NCBI GenBank assembly: GCA_023428185.1
Contig: JAEYYZ010000140.1
Span: forward strand, 1 to 34,124
DNA from: Actinomycetes bacterium
Lineage (GTDB): Bacteria > Actinomycetota > Actinomycetes > Actinomycetales > Demequinaceae
Direction: 5' to 3'
Length of the DNA stretch: 34,124 nt
Part shown: positions 1 to 8,830 of the stretch, one piece after another
How the letters are laid out: every line of letters begins with the position of its first letter
Position numbering within the stretch: position 1 is the stretch's first letter
Translations under genes and position numbers: made by a program
Notes under the pieces: generated by a model
What the model saw: the letters and a program-made list of their open reading frames with translations, nothing else
The model's database searches: none
Told to the model about the DNA's origin: nothing

Positions 1-1
1 C

Positions 2-35
2 AAAAGGCCCCAGAGAATGGCGTTCTCGTGGGGCC
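2..35 (-). terminator. Intrinsic terminator downstream of tRNA-Val(CAC)
   Basis: Stem GGCCCCA-GAGAA / TTCTC-(G)-TGGGGCC at 6-35 with AAAA at 2-5, which is a U-tract on the minus strand; lies 16 nt past the tRNA 3' end. Confidence 0.75.
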
Positions 36-51
36 CTGGTTCAGCGTTCTG

Positions 52-126
52 TGGTGGGCGATACTGGGATCGAACCAGTGACCTCTTCCGTGTGAAGGAA
101 GCGCGCTACCCCTGCGCCAATCGCCC
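52..126 (-). tRNA. tRNA-Val (anticodon CAC), CCA encoded
   Basis: Reverse complement GGGCGATTGGCGCAGGGGTAGCGCG-CTTCC-TTCACAC-GGAAG-AGGTCACTGGTTCGATCCCAGTATCGCCCACCA folds as a cloverleaf with a GGTTCGA T-loop. Confidence 0.97.
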
Positions 127-139
127 CTAAGCGGGTTTC

Positions 140-145
140 ATCCTA
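140..145 (-). promoter_or_regulatory. Putative sigma-A -10 element (TAGGAT) for tRNA-Val(CAC)
   Basis: TAnnnT hexamer 13 nt upstream of the mature tRNA 5' end. Confidence 0.5.
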
Positions 146-168
146 GCGGGTTTGAGAGCCGTCCAACA

Positions 169-1047
169 TCACGGCGCGGTGCCTCGCGGTGGAGGCGGGT
201 CAGCGTCCGCGCTCGCGTATTGCTCAAAAAGCGCCGAAAGTCTGGTGAGCATCGGTCCCGCAACTATGTCGGCACCGTCCAGTCTGCTCACTGCTTGTAA
301 GCCGCGCGTGGCATTGGACACGGAGGCGTGCGCGAGCCCTTGAACCACGTCATCGAGAACTGACATGGAAAGCTCGCCGGGCGCGGCGACGCGTATGGGT
401 AGGCCCGCACGCGCTCCCCACTCGAGCACAAGTCCGCGCGTGATACCTGGTAGACACCCAGAGGCAAGAGGTGGAGTCAGCACTTCGCCTTGTCTCTCGA
501 TGAAGACGTTGCTCGCTGAGCCTTCGCACAAGTGACCGTGGGTGTTGGAGATGAGCGCCTCGTCGGCACCCTTCTCGCGCGCGAACTTGGCGAGCAACAC
601 ATTCTCGGCATACGAGGTGGTCTTGACGCCCGCAAGTGGCGAGCGTTCGTTGCGCTTCCATGGAGCGCGCACGGCCACACACGTGCGAGGTTTGATGCCA
701 GGGCCTCCCATGATGATCACCGTGGGCTTGGAGTCGCCTCGCGAGGTTCCCATGGGACCGCTACCGGAGGTCACGGTGATGCGGACTTTCACGACTTCGT
801 GAGGCTTGGCCGCGATCACTTCAGAGACACCCCGGCGAATGTAATGCACGTCCAGTTGCGGCAGTCCCATGCGTTCGGCGGAGTACTGCAAACGCATGAG
901 GTGCCGAGTCAGCGCAAAAGGCTGACCGTCGCGCATCCCGATGGTCTCAAAGACCCCATCCCCCACAGTGAGCCCATGATCACTGGCAAGAACGATCGGC
1001 TCGCCGGGGCCCCGGAGGGCTCCGTCGGCCCAGACCACGGCACTCAT
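169..1047 (-). CDS. pabC: Class IV PLP aminotransferase family protein (4-amino-4-deoxychorismate lyase-like)
   Basis: Motifs GDGVFET, RHLMRL, LAGVKTTSY (PLP Lys), EGSASNVF, LPGITR. Start reset to ATG 1047 (MSAVVWADG), which overlaps the upstream stop as ATGA. The symbol rests on adjacency to pabB. Confidence 0.85.
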   Translation of the reverse strand: MSAVVWADGALRGPGEPIVLASDHGLTVGDGVFETIGMRDGQPFALTRHLMRLQYSAERMGLPQLDVHYIRRGVSEVIAAKPHEVVKVRITVTSGSGPMGTSRGDSKPTVIIMGGPGIKPRTCVAVRAPWKRNERSPLAGVKTTSYAENVLLAKFAREKGADEALISNTHGHLCEGSASNVFIERQGEVLTPPLASGCLPGITRGLVLEWGARAGLPIRVAAPGELSMSVLDDVVQGLAHASVSNATRGLQAVSRLDGADIVAGPMLTRLSALFEQYASADADPPPPRGTAP

Positions 1048-2141
1048 GGCGCCATTGTGGCAGAGGCAAGCCCTATTAGCCTGCGTGCTTTGAGTTGCGT
1101 TTCTTCCCATTCGGCTGCCGCCTCGGACCCCCACGTGATGCCCGCGCCAGTGCCGAACCTCAACGTGCCTCCAGCGTGGTCGTCCCACCAGAAGGTGCGG
1201 ATCCCTACGGCAAGCTCGGCACGGCGGGCATCGGCGTCAATCCAACCGATGGCACCGCAATAAGGGCCTCGCGGCACTGGCTCTTCTCGCGTGATGATTC
1301 GAAGAGCCGATGCCTTGGGCGCCCCGGAGACAGAGCCCGGGGGGTAGGTGGCTTGAAAGAGTGCTGGCCACATGGGTCCCGTCCAGTCGTAAGCCGCGTC
1401 GAGTGTGGCTTGGACCGTGGACTGCAAGTGAGCTAACCCCGGGTGTTCGTGCCTTCCGAGAAGTTCCGGAACAGCCACGCTGCCTGGCACCGCCGTGGGC
1501 GACAAGTCATTGCGAATGAGGTCCGTGATCATGATGTTCTCGGCTTCGTCTTTGTCCAGCATGGGCTCCCCTGGCGCGGAGGTGCCCTTGATGGGTGAGG
1601 AACGGACAGTGTCGCCATCCACAGACAAGTACAACTCCGGGCTGGCCGAAACCACCCACGTGCCCGGCATGGTCTCGCTTTGCGGAATCACGATGCGTGC
1701 CGCGTACCGCGCGGGGTTTCCCTTGGCAAGCAATTGCGACAACGCCACGGCATCGGGCCCTGGAGGCGCTGCCGCGAGCGGGGCGCTGAGGACGCGGCAG
1801 AGATTGGCCTGGTAGACCTCCCCTTCGCGAATGTCCGAACGGATCGCCTCAACGCCAGCGATGTATCCCTCGCGGTCGAGCGATGTCACCCATGCATCCG
1901 GCGCGGGCCCGTTCCAAGCTCGGCCTTCAAGCAATGGCTCGCGTACGGCCTCGGTGCGCTCTACGGTGGCGAATCTCCACGCATCGACTTTGCCTTCAAA
2001 GGTGCCCACCACCACCCAGAAGCCGCCTTCAGCAAGCCGATGCCCGTCGCGGGTAGCGTCTACGTGTTCCACCGGTTCACTGGCTCGCACTCCCCGGAAC
2101 GCGGCAGAGCCCAAGCGGCGAGCATCGTGGGACCACTCCAT
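1044..2141 (-). CDS. pabB: Chorismate-binding protein, aminodeoxychorismate synthase component I-like (short form, 365 aa)
   Basis: GEVYQANLCR, SASPELYL, PIKGT (ADC-synthase-type Lys motif), ENIMITDLIRNDL, PPGSVSGAPK, RGPYCGAIG. Start ATG 2141 lies 6 nt downstream of TACGTT. Confidence 0.85.
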   Translation of the reverse strand: MEWSHDARRLGSAAFRGVRASEPVEHVDATRDGHRLAEGGFWVVVGTFEGKVDAWRFATVERTEAVREPLLEGRAWNGPAPDAWVTSLDREGYIAGVEAIRSDIREGEVYQANLCRVLSAPLAAAPPGPDAVALSQLLAKGNPARYAARIVIPQSETMPGTWVVSASPELYLSVDGDTVRSSPIKGTSAPGEPMLDKDEAENIMITDLIRNDLSPTAVPGSVAVPELLGRHEHPGLAHLQSTVQATLDAAYDWTGPMWPALFQATYPPGSVSGAPKASALRIITREEPVPRGPYCGAIGWIDADARRAELAVGIRTFWWDDHAGGTLRFGTGAGITWGSEAAAEWEETQLKARRLIGLASATMAP

Positions 2142-2179
2142 GGCTCCAACGTAGTGGCGCGACACGCATCCCCTATGGA

Positions 2180-2209
2180 TTGGAAAAACACGCGGTGGTC
2201 GGATACAGT
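2180..2209 (+). promoter_or_regulatory. Putative sigma-A promoter of the tRNA cluster
   Basis: TTGGAA (2180-2185), 18 nt spacer, TACAGT (2204-2209). Confidence 0.55.
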
Positions 2210-2242
2210 CAATCCCTGGTCAGGGCCGTAAGGCGCTGATAC

Positions 2243-2315
2243 GCGGACGTGGCTCAGTTGGTAGAGCATCACCTTGCCAAGGTGAGGGTCGCGGGTTCGA
2301 ATCCCGTCGTCCGCT
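2243..2315 (+). tRNA. tRNA-Gly (anticodon GCC), CCA not encoded
   Basis: GCGGACGTGGCTCAGTTGGTAGAGCATCACCTTGCCAAGGTGAGGGTCGCGGGTTCGAATCCCGTCGTCCGCT cloverleaf, followed by CGG. Confidence 0.97.
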
Positions 2316-2347
2316 CGGAGGGCCGTTGTGTCACTCAACGGCGCTGC

Positions 2348-2418
2348 GGTGGAGTGGCCGAGTGGCTAGGCAGCGGCCTGCAAAGCCGTCTACGTGGGTT
2401 CGAATCCCATCTCCACCT
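2348..2418 (+). tRNA. tRNA-Cys (anticodon GCA), CCA not encoded
   Basis: GGTGGAGTGGCCGAGTGGCTAGGCAGCGGCCTGCAAAGCCGTCTACGTGGGTTCGAATCCCATCTCCACCT. Confidence 0.96.
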
Positions 2419-2419
2419 C

Positions 2420-2494
2420 GGGCGATTGGCGCAGTGGTAGCGCGCTTCCCTGACACGGAAGAGGTCACTGGTTCGAACCCAGTATCGCCCACCA
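2420..2494 (+). tRNA. tRNA-Val (anticodon GAC), CCA encoded
   Basis: GGGCGATTGGCGCAGTGGTAGCGCG-CTTCC-CTGACAC-GGAAG-AGGTCACTGGTTCGAACCCAGTATCGCCCACCA; 1 nt gap after tRNA-Cys. Confidence 0.97.
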
Positions 2495-2594
2495 CACATG
2501 TCGCGTTGAGACTTCTCTCCGCACCCTCTCGGTAACTCCCCGGTCACACGCGTGTGTGATGATGGGAGAACCCACCGGGAGGCGGGCATCGTTT

Positions 2595-5111
2595 ATGGCT
2601 GACATCACTCACGAACGTATCAAGCGCCTAGGCCACCGGCCCGAGGCCCCCGTGCCCACCTCCACGTATCGCCTTCAACTCACCGCAGACTTCACGTTTG
2701 CGGATGCGGCGGCTCAACTGCCGTACTTCAAGGCGCTGGGCGTTTCACACTTGTACCTCTCCCCCATCCTCGAGGCATCGCCGGGTTCCACGCATTTCTA
2801 CGACGTTGTGGACCACTCGCGCATCGCAGCCGTTCTGGGCGGCGAGGAGGGTTTGCGTGACCTTTCGTGGCGGGCGGGCGAGCTCGGCATCGGGCTCATT
2901 GCTGACATAGTGCCCAACCACATGGCCGTCCCCACGCCTGCCTATCACAATCGTGCCTTGTGGTCGGTCCTTGCGGAAGGTGCGGAGTCCGCCTACGCGC
3001 ACTGGTTTGACGTGGACTGGAGTGCGGGTGAGCCCGTGCTCATGGCGGTTCTGGGCGAACGGATGGGCACCGTGCTGGCTAAGAACCAGTTGAGTGTGAC
3101 GTCCATGGTGGTACCAGGGCATGAAGACGCGGGCCCGGTGCCCGTATTGCAGTACTTCGACCACATGTTCCCTGTACGACCCGGCACCGAGAACCTGCCC
3201 ATGGAAACCCTCGTCGACCAGCAGCATTACCGGCTCGCGTATTGGCGCGTGGGCAACGAGGAGTTGAACTACCGGCGTTTCTTTGACGTGGGCTCCCTGG
3301 TGGGATTGCGAGTGGAAGACCCTGACGTTTTTGACAAGACGCACCGCGTGATCATTGACCTGGTGGCTGACGGCACCCTCGCCGGGTTGCGCGTCGACCA
3401 CCCTGACGGCCTCGCGGACCCTGAGAAGTACCTTGCTGATCTTGCGCAAGCGACCAACAACGCGTGGATTGTGGTGGAGAAGATCCTCGAAGACGAGGAA
3501 CGGCTTCCCACCTCCTGGAAGACGGCAGGCACCACCGGGTACGACGCTGCGTGGAGGATTGGTGGGACGTTACGAGACCCTGCGGGTGCCGCACCGCTCG
3601 CAGGCACCTTGCACCGCGTAGCTGGCGATGCCATGGGTGAATTACCAGGGATGATTGACGCCGCTAAACGCGAGATCGTCAAGGATTCGCTCGCCTCAGA
3701 GGCCGAGAGGCTAGCCACGCTCGCGCACACCGTATGCACCACGGACGTGCGGTTGCGCGACCACACGTGGCGCGCGCTCCACGACGCTGTACGCGCGTTG
3801 GTGGTGGCCTTCCACCGCTACCGCGCCTACGTCTCGCCTGGCATCGCACCCAAGCCCACCGACACCGAAGCGATCGACGCGGCCGCGGCACGCGCACGGA
3901 CCATGCTGGACCCCGAGCGGCACGAAACCCTCGACGTCTTGGTGGAACTTCTCAAGGGCAACGAGGTAGGTAGCGCCGGCCGCACAGAAGAAGCCACCCG
4001 AGCCCAACTCATCACGCGCTTCCAACAAGTGTGTGGCGCCGTCATGGCCAAAGGTGTGGAAGACACCGCGTACTACCGCTGGACCCACCTCTTGCCACTG
4101 TGTGAGGTGGGCTCCCCCGCAGGCAGGTTCGCGGTACCACCCGCCGCGTTCCACACGTTCGCAAGCGATCGCCAGCAGATGTATCCGCACGCCATGACCA
4201 CGTTGACAACGCATGACACCAAGCGGTCAGGAGACATTCGCGCACGCTTGGGAGTGCTGAGCGAAGTAGCCGATGCCTGGGATGGCTGGGTGACCAAGGC
4301 GAGGGCGGCATCGGCGGGAGTAAGGCCAGCCGAGCTGGACGGGCGTACCGAGAACTTGTGGTGGCAAACGCTGGTAGGCACCGTGGATCATGACGGTTCC
4401 CTCATGGCGTGGGACAGGCTCGAGGGGTACCTCGTGAAAGCCATGCGCGAGGCCAAGAGTCACTCGTCGTGGACCTCCGTAAATGCGGCGTACGAATCCG
4501 CCGTGCTCTGGTTCTGCCAGACCACGCACGCTGACCCCGTGATGCGCTCCTTGGTTGCGGAATGGACGGGACTGACCGCGCCGGGAGTGCGTGCCGCAGT
4601 CTTGAGTCAGGCCCTGATTCACCTGACGATGCCGGGCATCCCCGACGTGTACCAAGGCACCGAGACGTACAGGCCACTTCTGGTGGATCCGGACAACCGA
4701 CGCTCAGTTGACTTCCAAACGCTCGCCACTGGCCTCAAGCGAGTCAATGGCAAGGGAAAGCCTCGCACCCTCGCCGACGAGAAGCTACTACTCACCACGC
4801 GGGCCCTCGCCGTGCGTAATGACCACCCACACGCGTTTGTGGGCGACGACTCCGGCTATTTGCCGCTTCCGTCGTCGTCCGGAAACGCGCTCGTGTACGC
4901 GCGCACAGTGCGTGACGAACCCACCGTGGTCTCCGTGGCCACCCGCGCTGCCCTGGAGTTGGAGCGACTGGGAGGATGGCGCGGCCACACCGTGCAATTG
5001 CCTGCGGGTCAGTGGCGAGACGTCCTGACGGGGCAAACCCTTGCAGGCGGCACGGTAGACGCTGATGTGCTGCTTCCCACCCTGCCAGTCGCTTTGCTGG
5101 TGCGCGCATGA
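2595..5111 (+). CDS. treY: Malto-oligosyltrehalose synthase (GH13)
   Basis: PTSTYRLQL, GSTHFYDVVD, DIVPNHMA, LNYRRFFDV, GLRVDHPDGL, VVEKIL, THDTKRS, PGIPDVYQG, LVDPDNRR. Start ATG 2595 preferred; the ORF is open from 2556. Confidence 0.95.
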   Translation: MADITHERIKRLGHRPEAPVPTSTYRLQLTADFTFADAAAQLPYFKALGVSHLYLSPILEASPGSTHFYDVVDHSRIAAVLGGEEGLRDLSWRAGELGIGLIADIVPNHMAVPTPAYHNRALWSVLAEGAESAYAHWFDVDWSAGEPVLMAVLGERMGTVLAKNQLSVTSMVVPGHEDAGPVPVLQYFDHMFPVRPGTENLPMETLVDQQHYRLAYWRVGNEELNYRRFFDVGSLVGLRVEDPDVFDKTHRVIIDLVADGTLAGLRVDHPDGLADPEKYLADLAQATNNAWIVVEKILEDEERLPTSWKTAGTTGYDAAWRIGGTLRDPAGAAPLAGTLHRVAGDAMGELPGMIDAAKREIVKDSLASEAERLATLAHTVCTTDVRLRDHTWRALHDAVRALVVAFHRYRAYVSPGIAPKPTDTEAIDAAAARARTMLDPERHETLDVLVELLKGNEVGSAGRTEEATRAQLITRFQQVCGAVMAKGVEDTAYYRWTHLLPLCEVGSPAGRFAVPPAAFHTFASDRQQMYPHAMTTLTTHDTKRSGDIRARLGVLSEVADAWDGWVTKARAASAGVRPAELDGRTENLWWQTLVGTVDHDGSLMAWDRLEGYLVKAMREAKSHSSWTSVNAAYESAVLWFCQTTHADPVMRSLVAEWTGLTAPGVRAAVLSQALIHLTMPGIPDVYQGTETYRPLLVDPDNRRSVDFQTLATGLKRVNGKGKPRTLADEKLLLTTRALAVRNDHPHAFVGDDSGYLPLPSSSGNALVYARTVRDEPTVVSVATRAALELERLGGWRGHTVQLPAGQWRDVLTGQTLAGGTVDADVLLPTLPVALLVRA

Positions 5112-6895
5112 GCCATAGTGGCCTAGAGGCGACTCGCCCCCGCCCAGCCCGAGTGTGGGCCCCCCAAGCCCACAGAGTTGTGCTGCACGTGGAGCGCAAT
5201 GGCGTCGCGGAGCGCATCCCGCTGACAACTGATGGGGCCGGTTGGCACAGCGGTGGCGATCTGCTCGATGGAGATCACTACGGCTTTGTGCTCGACGGCG
5301 ACGGCCCCTTCCCTGACCCTCGCTCAGCGTTCCAGCCAGGGAGTGTGCACGGACTGTCACAAGTAGTGGATACCAGCACCTTTGAGTGGAGTGACGCGGC
5401 CTGGAAGGGTCTCGACCCCCTAGGCGCCGTGATCTACGAACTCCACGTGGGTACGTTCACTCCAGAAGGCACGCTCGACGCCGCAACGCGCCACTTGCCG
5501 CGGCTGGCCGCTGCCGGCATTCAGCTCGTGGAACTCATGCCTCTCGCTCCCTTCCCAGGCGAGCGCGGATGGGGCTACGACGGCGTGAGCCTCTCAGCAG
5601 TGCACCGCGCATACGGCGGCCCGTGGGCGCTCCAGCGATTTGTGAACGAGGCCCACAGGCATGGGTTAGGCGTGTGTCTCGATGTGGTCCATAACCATTT
5701 GGGGCCAGACGGCAACTACTTGGGTCTGTATGGGCCGTACTTCACCGATGCCCACCACACGCCGTGGGGATCCGCCGTCAACCTCGATCAACCCGGGAGC
5801 GACCAGGTTCGCTCCCACCTCATCGAGAGCGCGCTGCGGTGGTTCAGTGAGTTCCACGTGGACGCCTTGAGGCTAGACGCCGTTCACGAACTCCATGACG
5901 ACTCGCCCCGCCACTTTCTGGCTGAACTCTCTGATGAAGTTGCCGCTTTGGCACCCCGCCTTGGCCGCCCGCTCACACTCATTGCCGAAAGCGACCTCAA
6001 CAACGAGCTGATGGTAACCCCCACGGCCAACGGCGGCCTTGGCATGGACCTGCAGTGGGCCGACGACGTACACCACGCCTTGCACACGTACCTCACTGGC
6101 GAGCGCCACGGGTACTACGGCGAGTTCGGGTCTATCGAGGTGCTTGACCATGTATACCGTCACGTGTTCTGGCATGACGGCAAACCCTCCCAGTTTCGTC
6201 AGCGTCCGTGGGGAGCACCCGTCTCCCCCCACACAGACAGACGCAAGTTTGTGGTGTTCGCCTCCAACCATGACCAAGTGGGAAACCGCGCGCTCGGCGA
6301 CCGACCCTCGGCATCGTTGACTCCGGGCGCTCAAGCCACCGCCATAGCCATGGTGTTGCTTTCCCCCTTCACACCCATGCTGTTCATGGGCGAGGAGTAC
6401 GGCGAGACAAGCCCCTTCCAATTCTTCACGGACCACGAGCCCGGCTTGGGAGCAGCAGTGACTGCCGGCCGCTTGGCCGAGTTCGCTACCCATGGCTGGG
6501 AGGAGTTGTACGGGCGAGAAATCACCGTTCCCGACCCTCAATCACCAGAGACCTTTGAGGCCTCCCGGTTGGCGCACGTTGACTCTGCGGAGGCCTCCTT
6601 CGCCGCTGCACGCGAGTGGACTGCTACGTGTATGGCTGCCCGCTCACTCACCACGGCACCGGGCGCATGGGAACACCACCCCGTGAGCGTCTCAGAAACC
6701 CGGCCCCGAGTGCTCACCATGGATGGCCCCGTGCGTATTCACGCCAATCTCTCTGGCTCGTCAGTAGAGTTCCGTATCACCGAAGCCGACGCCGTGGTGG
6801 GCGCTTTTGGCGCGGCGGTGCGCGCCGGAGGCACGTTGACAGTGCCGCCCGACGCAGTGGTATTGATTGGCGTGGGAGCGATCCCACCCGAATAG
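5108..6895 (+). CDS. treZ: Malto-oligosyltrehalose trehalohydrolase (GH13)
   Basis: VWAP, PDPRS, YELHVGTFT, WGYDGV, LRLDAVH, IAESDLN, QWADDVHH, NHDQVGNR; ATGA overlap with treY. Confidence 0.95.
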   Translation: MSHSGLEATRPRPARVWAPQAHRVVLHVERNGVAERIPLTTDGAGWHSGGDLLDGDHYGFVLDGDGPFPDPRSAFQPGSVHGLSQVVDTSTFEWSDAAWKGLDPLGAVIYELHVGTFTPEGTLDAATRHLPRLAAAGIQLVELMPLAPFPGERGWGYDGVSLSAVHRAYGGPWALQRFVNEAHRHGLGVCLDVVHNHLGPDGNYLGLYGPYFTDAHHTPWGSAVNLDQPGSDQVRSHLIESALRWFSEFHVDALRLDAVHELHDDSPRHFLAELSDEVAALAPRLGRPLTLIAESDLNNELMVTPTANGGLGMDLQWADDVHHALHTYLTGERHGYYGEFGSIEVLDHVYRHVFWHDGKPSQFRQRPWGAPVSPHTDRRKFVVFASNHDQVGNRALGDRPSASLTPGAQATAIAMVLLSPFTPMLFMGEEYGETSPFQFFTDHEPGLGAAVTAGRLAEFATHGWEELYGREITVPDPQSPETFEASRLAHVDSAEASFAAAREWTATCMAARSLTTAPGAWEHHPVSVSETRPRVLTMDGPVRIHANLSGSSVEFRITEADAVVGAFGAAVRAGGTLTVPPDAVVLIGVGAIPPE

Positions 6896-6912
6896 CAGGT
6901 TGGGAGAGATCC

Positions 6913-7776
6913 ATGGGCACAGTGAAGTGGGACGAGGATCCAGTAGCGGCGTTGAAGGTGCGGCCTGGGTTCAGCGTGGCGGCGTTCGACTGCGAAGCCA
7001 CTCCCGGTTTCAGCGGCTCAAAAGCCCAAGGCGCGGAACTCATGGCCTCGCAAGCGGACGAACTGTCAGAACTTCAAGAGAAGCTGTTCGCGCATGGCCG
7101 CACCGGCGGCAACCGGTCAGTGCTGTTGGTCATTCAAGGCATGGATACCTCCGGCAAGGGTGGAATCGTTCGCCACGTGCTGGGGATGGTGGACCCGCAG
7201 GGCGTGAAGCATCGGTCCTTTGGAGTGCCGACTGAGGAAGAGCGCGCCCATCATTACTTGTGGCGCATCCGCCAAGCGCTACCTCCAGCAGGATTCATCG
7301 GCGTCTTTGACCGCTCGCACTACGAAGATGTGCTGGTGGTGCGCGTTCACGACCTGGTCCCTGGCGACCCGTGGGCCGAGCGCTATGCCGAGATCAACGC
7401 CTTTGAGAAGGAAGTGGTGGACGCTGGCACCGTGGTGGTGAAGTGCGCAATGTTCGTCTCCCCCCAAGAGCAGTTGGCGCGGCTCAGCGAACGCTTGGAG
7501 CGGCCTGACAAGCACTGGAAGTACAACCCAGGTGATCTCGATGAACGGGGTCACTGGGACGCTTACATGGACGCGTACCAGGCGATGCTGGATAACACCT
7601 CAACGGATCACGCGCCGTGGTACGCGATTCCCGCAGACAACAAGTGGTTTGCGAGGCTTGCAGTGGCGGAGTTGCTTGAGCACGCATTGTTGTCTCTAAA
7701 GCTCGATTGGCCGGTGGCGGACTTCGACGTCGCCGCAGAGAAGGCGCGCTTGGCTGCGCTTGCCAACGAGTCTTAG
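6913..7776 (+). CDS. ppk2: Polyphosphate kinase 2 family, class III-type
   Basis: Walker A QGMDTSGKGG, DRSHYEDVLVVRV, INAFEK, KHWKYNPGD, APWYAIPADNKW. ATG 6913 follows GGGAGA. Confidence 0.93.
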   Translation: MGTVKWDEDPVAALKVRPGFSVAAFDCEATPGFSGSKAQGAELMASQADELSELQEKLFAHGRTGGNRSVLLVIQGMDTSGKGGIVRHVLGMVDPQGVKHRSFGVPTEEERAHHYLWRIRQALPPAGFIGVFDRSHYEDVLVVRVHDLVPGDPWAERYAEINAFEKEVVDAGTVVVKCAMFVSPQEQLARLSERLERPDKHWKYNPGDLDERGHWDAYMDAYQAMLDNTSTDHAPWYAIPADNKWFARLAVAELLEHALLSLKLDWPVADFDVAAEKARLAALANES

Positions 7777-8750
7777 CGCTCCGCCATGGCGGCAAGCCGG
7801 GACAACGCGCGGTAGTACTTCTTGCGGAATCCCCCGCGCAGCATGTCGGGCGGAAAGATCTCGCCCAGCGACGCTCCCGATGCCACTACCTGGACGTCTC
7901 GGTCGTAGAGGCGATCCATCAACGTGACCACACGCAAGGCCGACGCTTGGTCCGTGAGCGGCTCCACATTGGCCAACCCGAGCACGCGCACCCCCTCCAC
8001 GTACGCACCCATGCGACTGGGGTGCACGTGCGATAAATCCGCCACCAGCGCGTTCCACTCGGCAACGCTCCCGCCGTCGGTTGACGCCACGGCCTCCACC
8101 TGAGCCGGGCTCGCGGGGGCAAACTCCAAGTCGCCACGATGCCGGTAGTCGGGTCCATCAATGGTCACCACGGTGAACACGCTCGCGACCGCTTGAATTT
8201 CGCGCTTGAAGTCATCTGCTGCAAATCGGCCTTGGCCAAGCGATTCCGGCAAGGTGTTGGAGGTGGCGGCCAATGCCACCCCGGCGTCGGCGAGTTCACG
8301 CATCAGCCTCGCCATCATCACGGTGTCACCGGGATCGTCGAGTTCAAACTCGTCGATGCACAACAAGCGGAACTCTTGGAGCGCGGCGCGCGCCGTCTGG
8401 AAACCCAGCGCTCCTACAAGGTGGGTGTACTCCACGAATGTGCCAAACGCGGCTTGAGCGCCCACCGCATGCGCCATCGACGCTAAGAGGTGGGTCTTAC
8501 CCACACCAAAGCCGCCGTCAAGGTACACGCCACGGCCCGCCGAGGACGATGAGGCGCGCTTGAGACCCGTACGCCCACCAAGGCCCGCCACAAACTCCTG
8601 CGTCGCGCGCAATGCCTGCTGTTGGCTGGGGAAGTCGAGATCCGGCTCGTAGGTGTCGAAGCGGACGTCTGCAAAATGCGGCGGTGGCACGAGCGCGCTA
8701 ATGAGCTCGTGGGGCGCGACAATGGGACGACGGCCCACGAGTTGAGTCAT
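7773..8750 (-). CDS. zapE: Cell division ATPase ZapE (AFG1 family)
   Basis: GVYLDGGFGVGKTHLL (Walker A), LLCIDEFELDDPGD (Walker B), TSNTLP, IDGPDYRHR, DRLYD. ATG 8750 lies 6 nt downstream of TAGGCT. Confidence 0.92.
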   Translation of the reverse strand: MTQLVGRRPIVAPHELISALVPPPHFADVRFDTYEPDLDFPSQQQALRATQEFVAGLGGRTGLKRASSSSAGRGVYLDGGFGVGKTHLLASMAHAVGAQAAFGTFVEYTHLVGALGFQTARAALQEFRLLCIDEFELDDPGDTVMMARLMRELADAGVALAATSNTLPESLGQGRFAADDFKREIQAVASVFTVVTIDGPDYRHRGDLEFAPASPAQVEAVASTDGGSVAEWNALVADLSHVHPSRMGAYVEGVRVLGLANVEPLTDQASALRVVTLMDRLYDRDVQVVASGASLGEIFPPDMLRGGFRKKYYRALSRLAAMAER

Positions 8751-8830
8751 GCGCACAGCCTAGTTTCGTGCTGAGGCCCACCGATTCATGGGAAGGTGAG
8801 CGTGCGCTTGGCGTACGGGAAGGAGGCGTG

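Noticed and set aside
2060..2589. Short ORFs spanning the tRNA cluster
   Set aside because: They are translations of tRNA genes and spacers
2420..7776. treYZ-ppk2 as a tRNA-integrated genomic island
   Set aside because: No integrase, no direct repeat of the tRNA 3' end found by eye, and no obvious compositional shift
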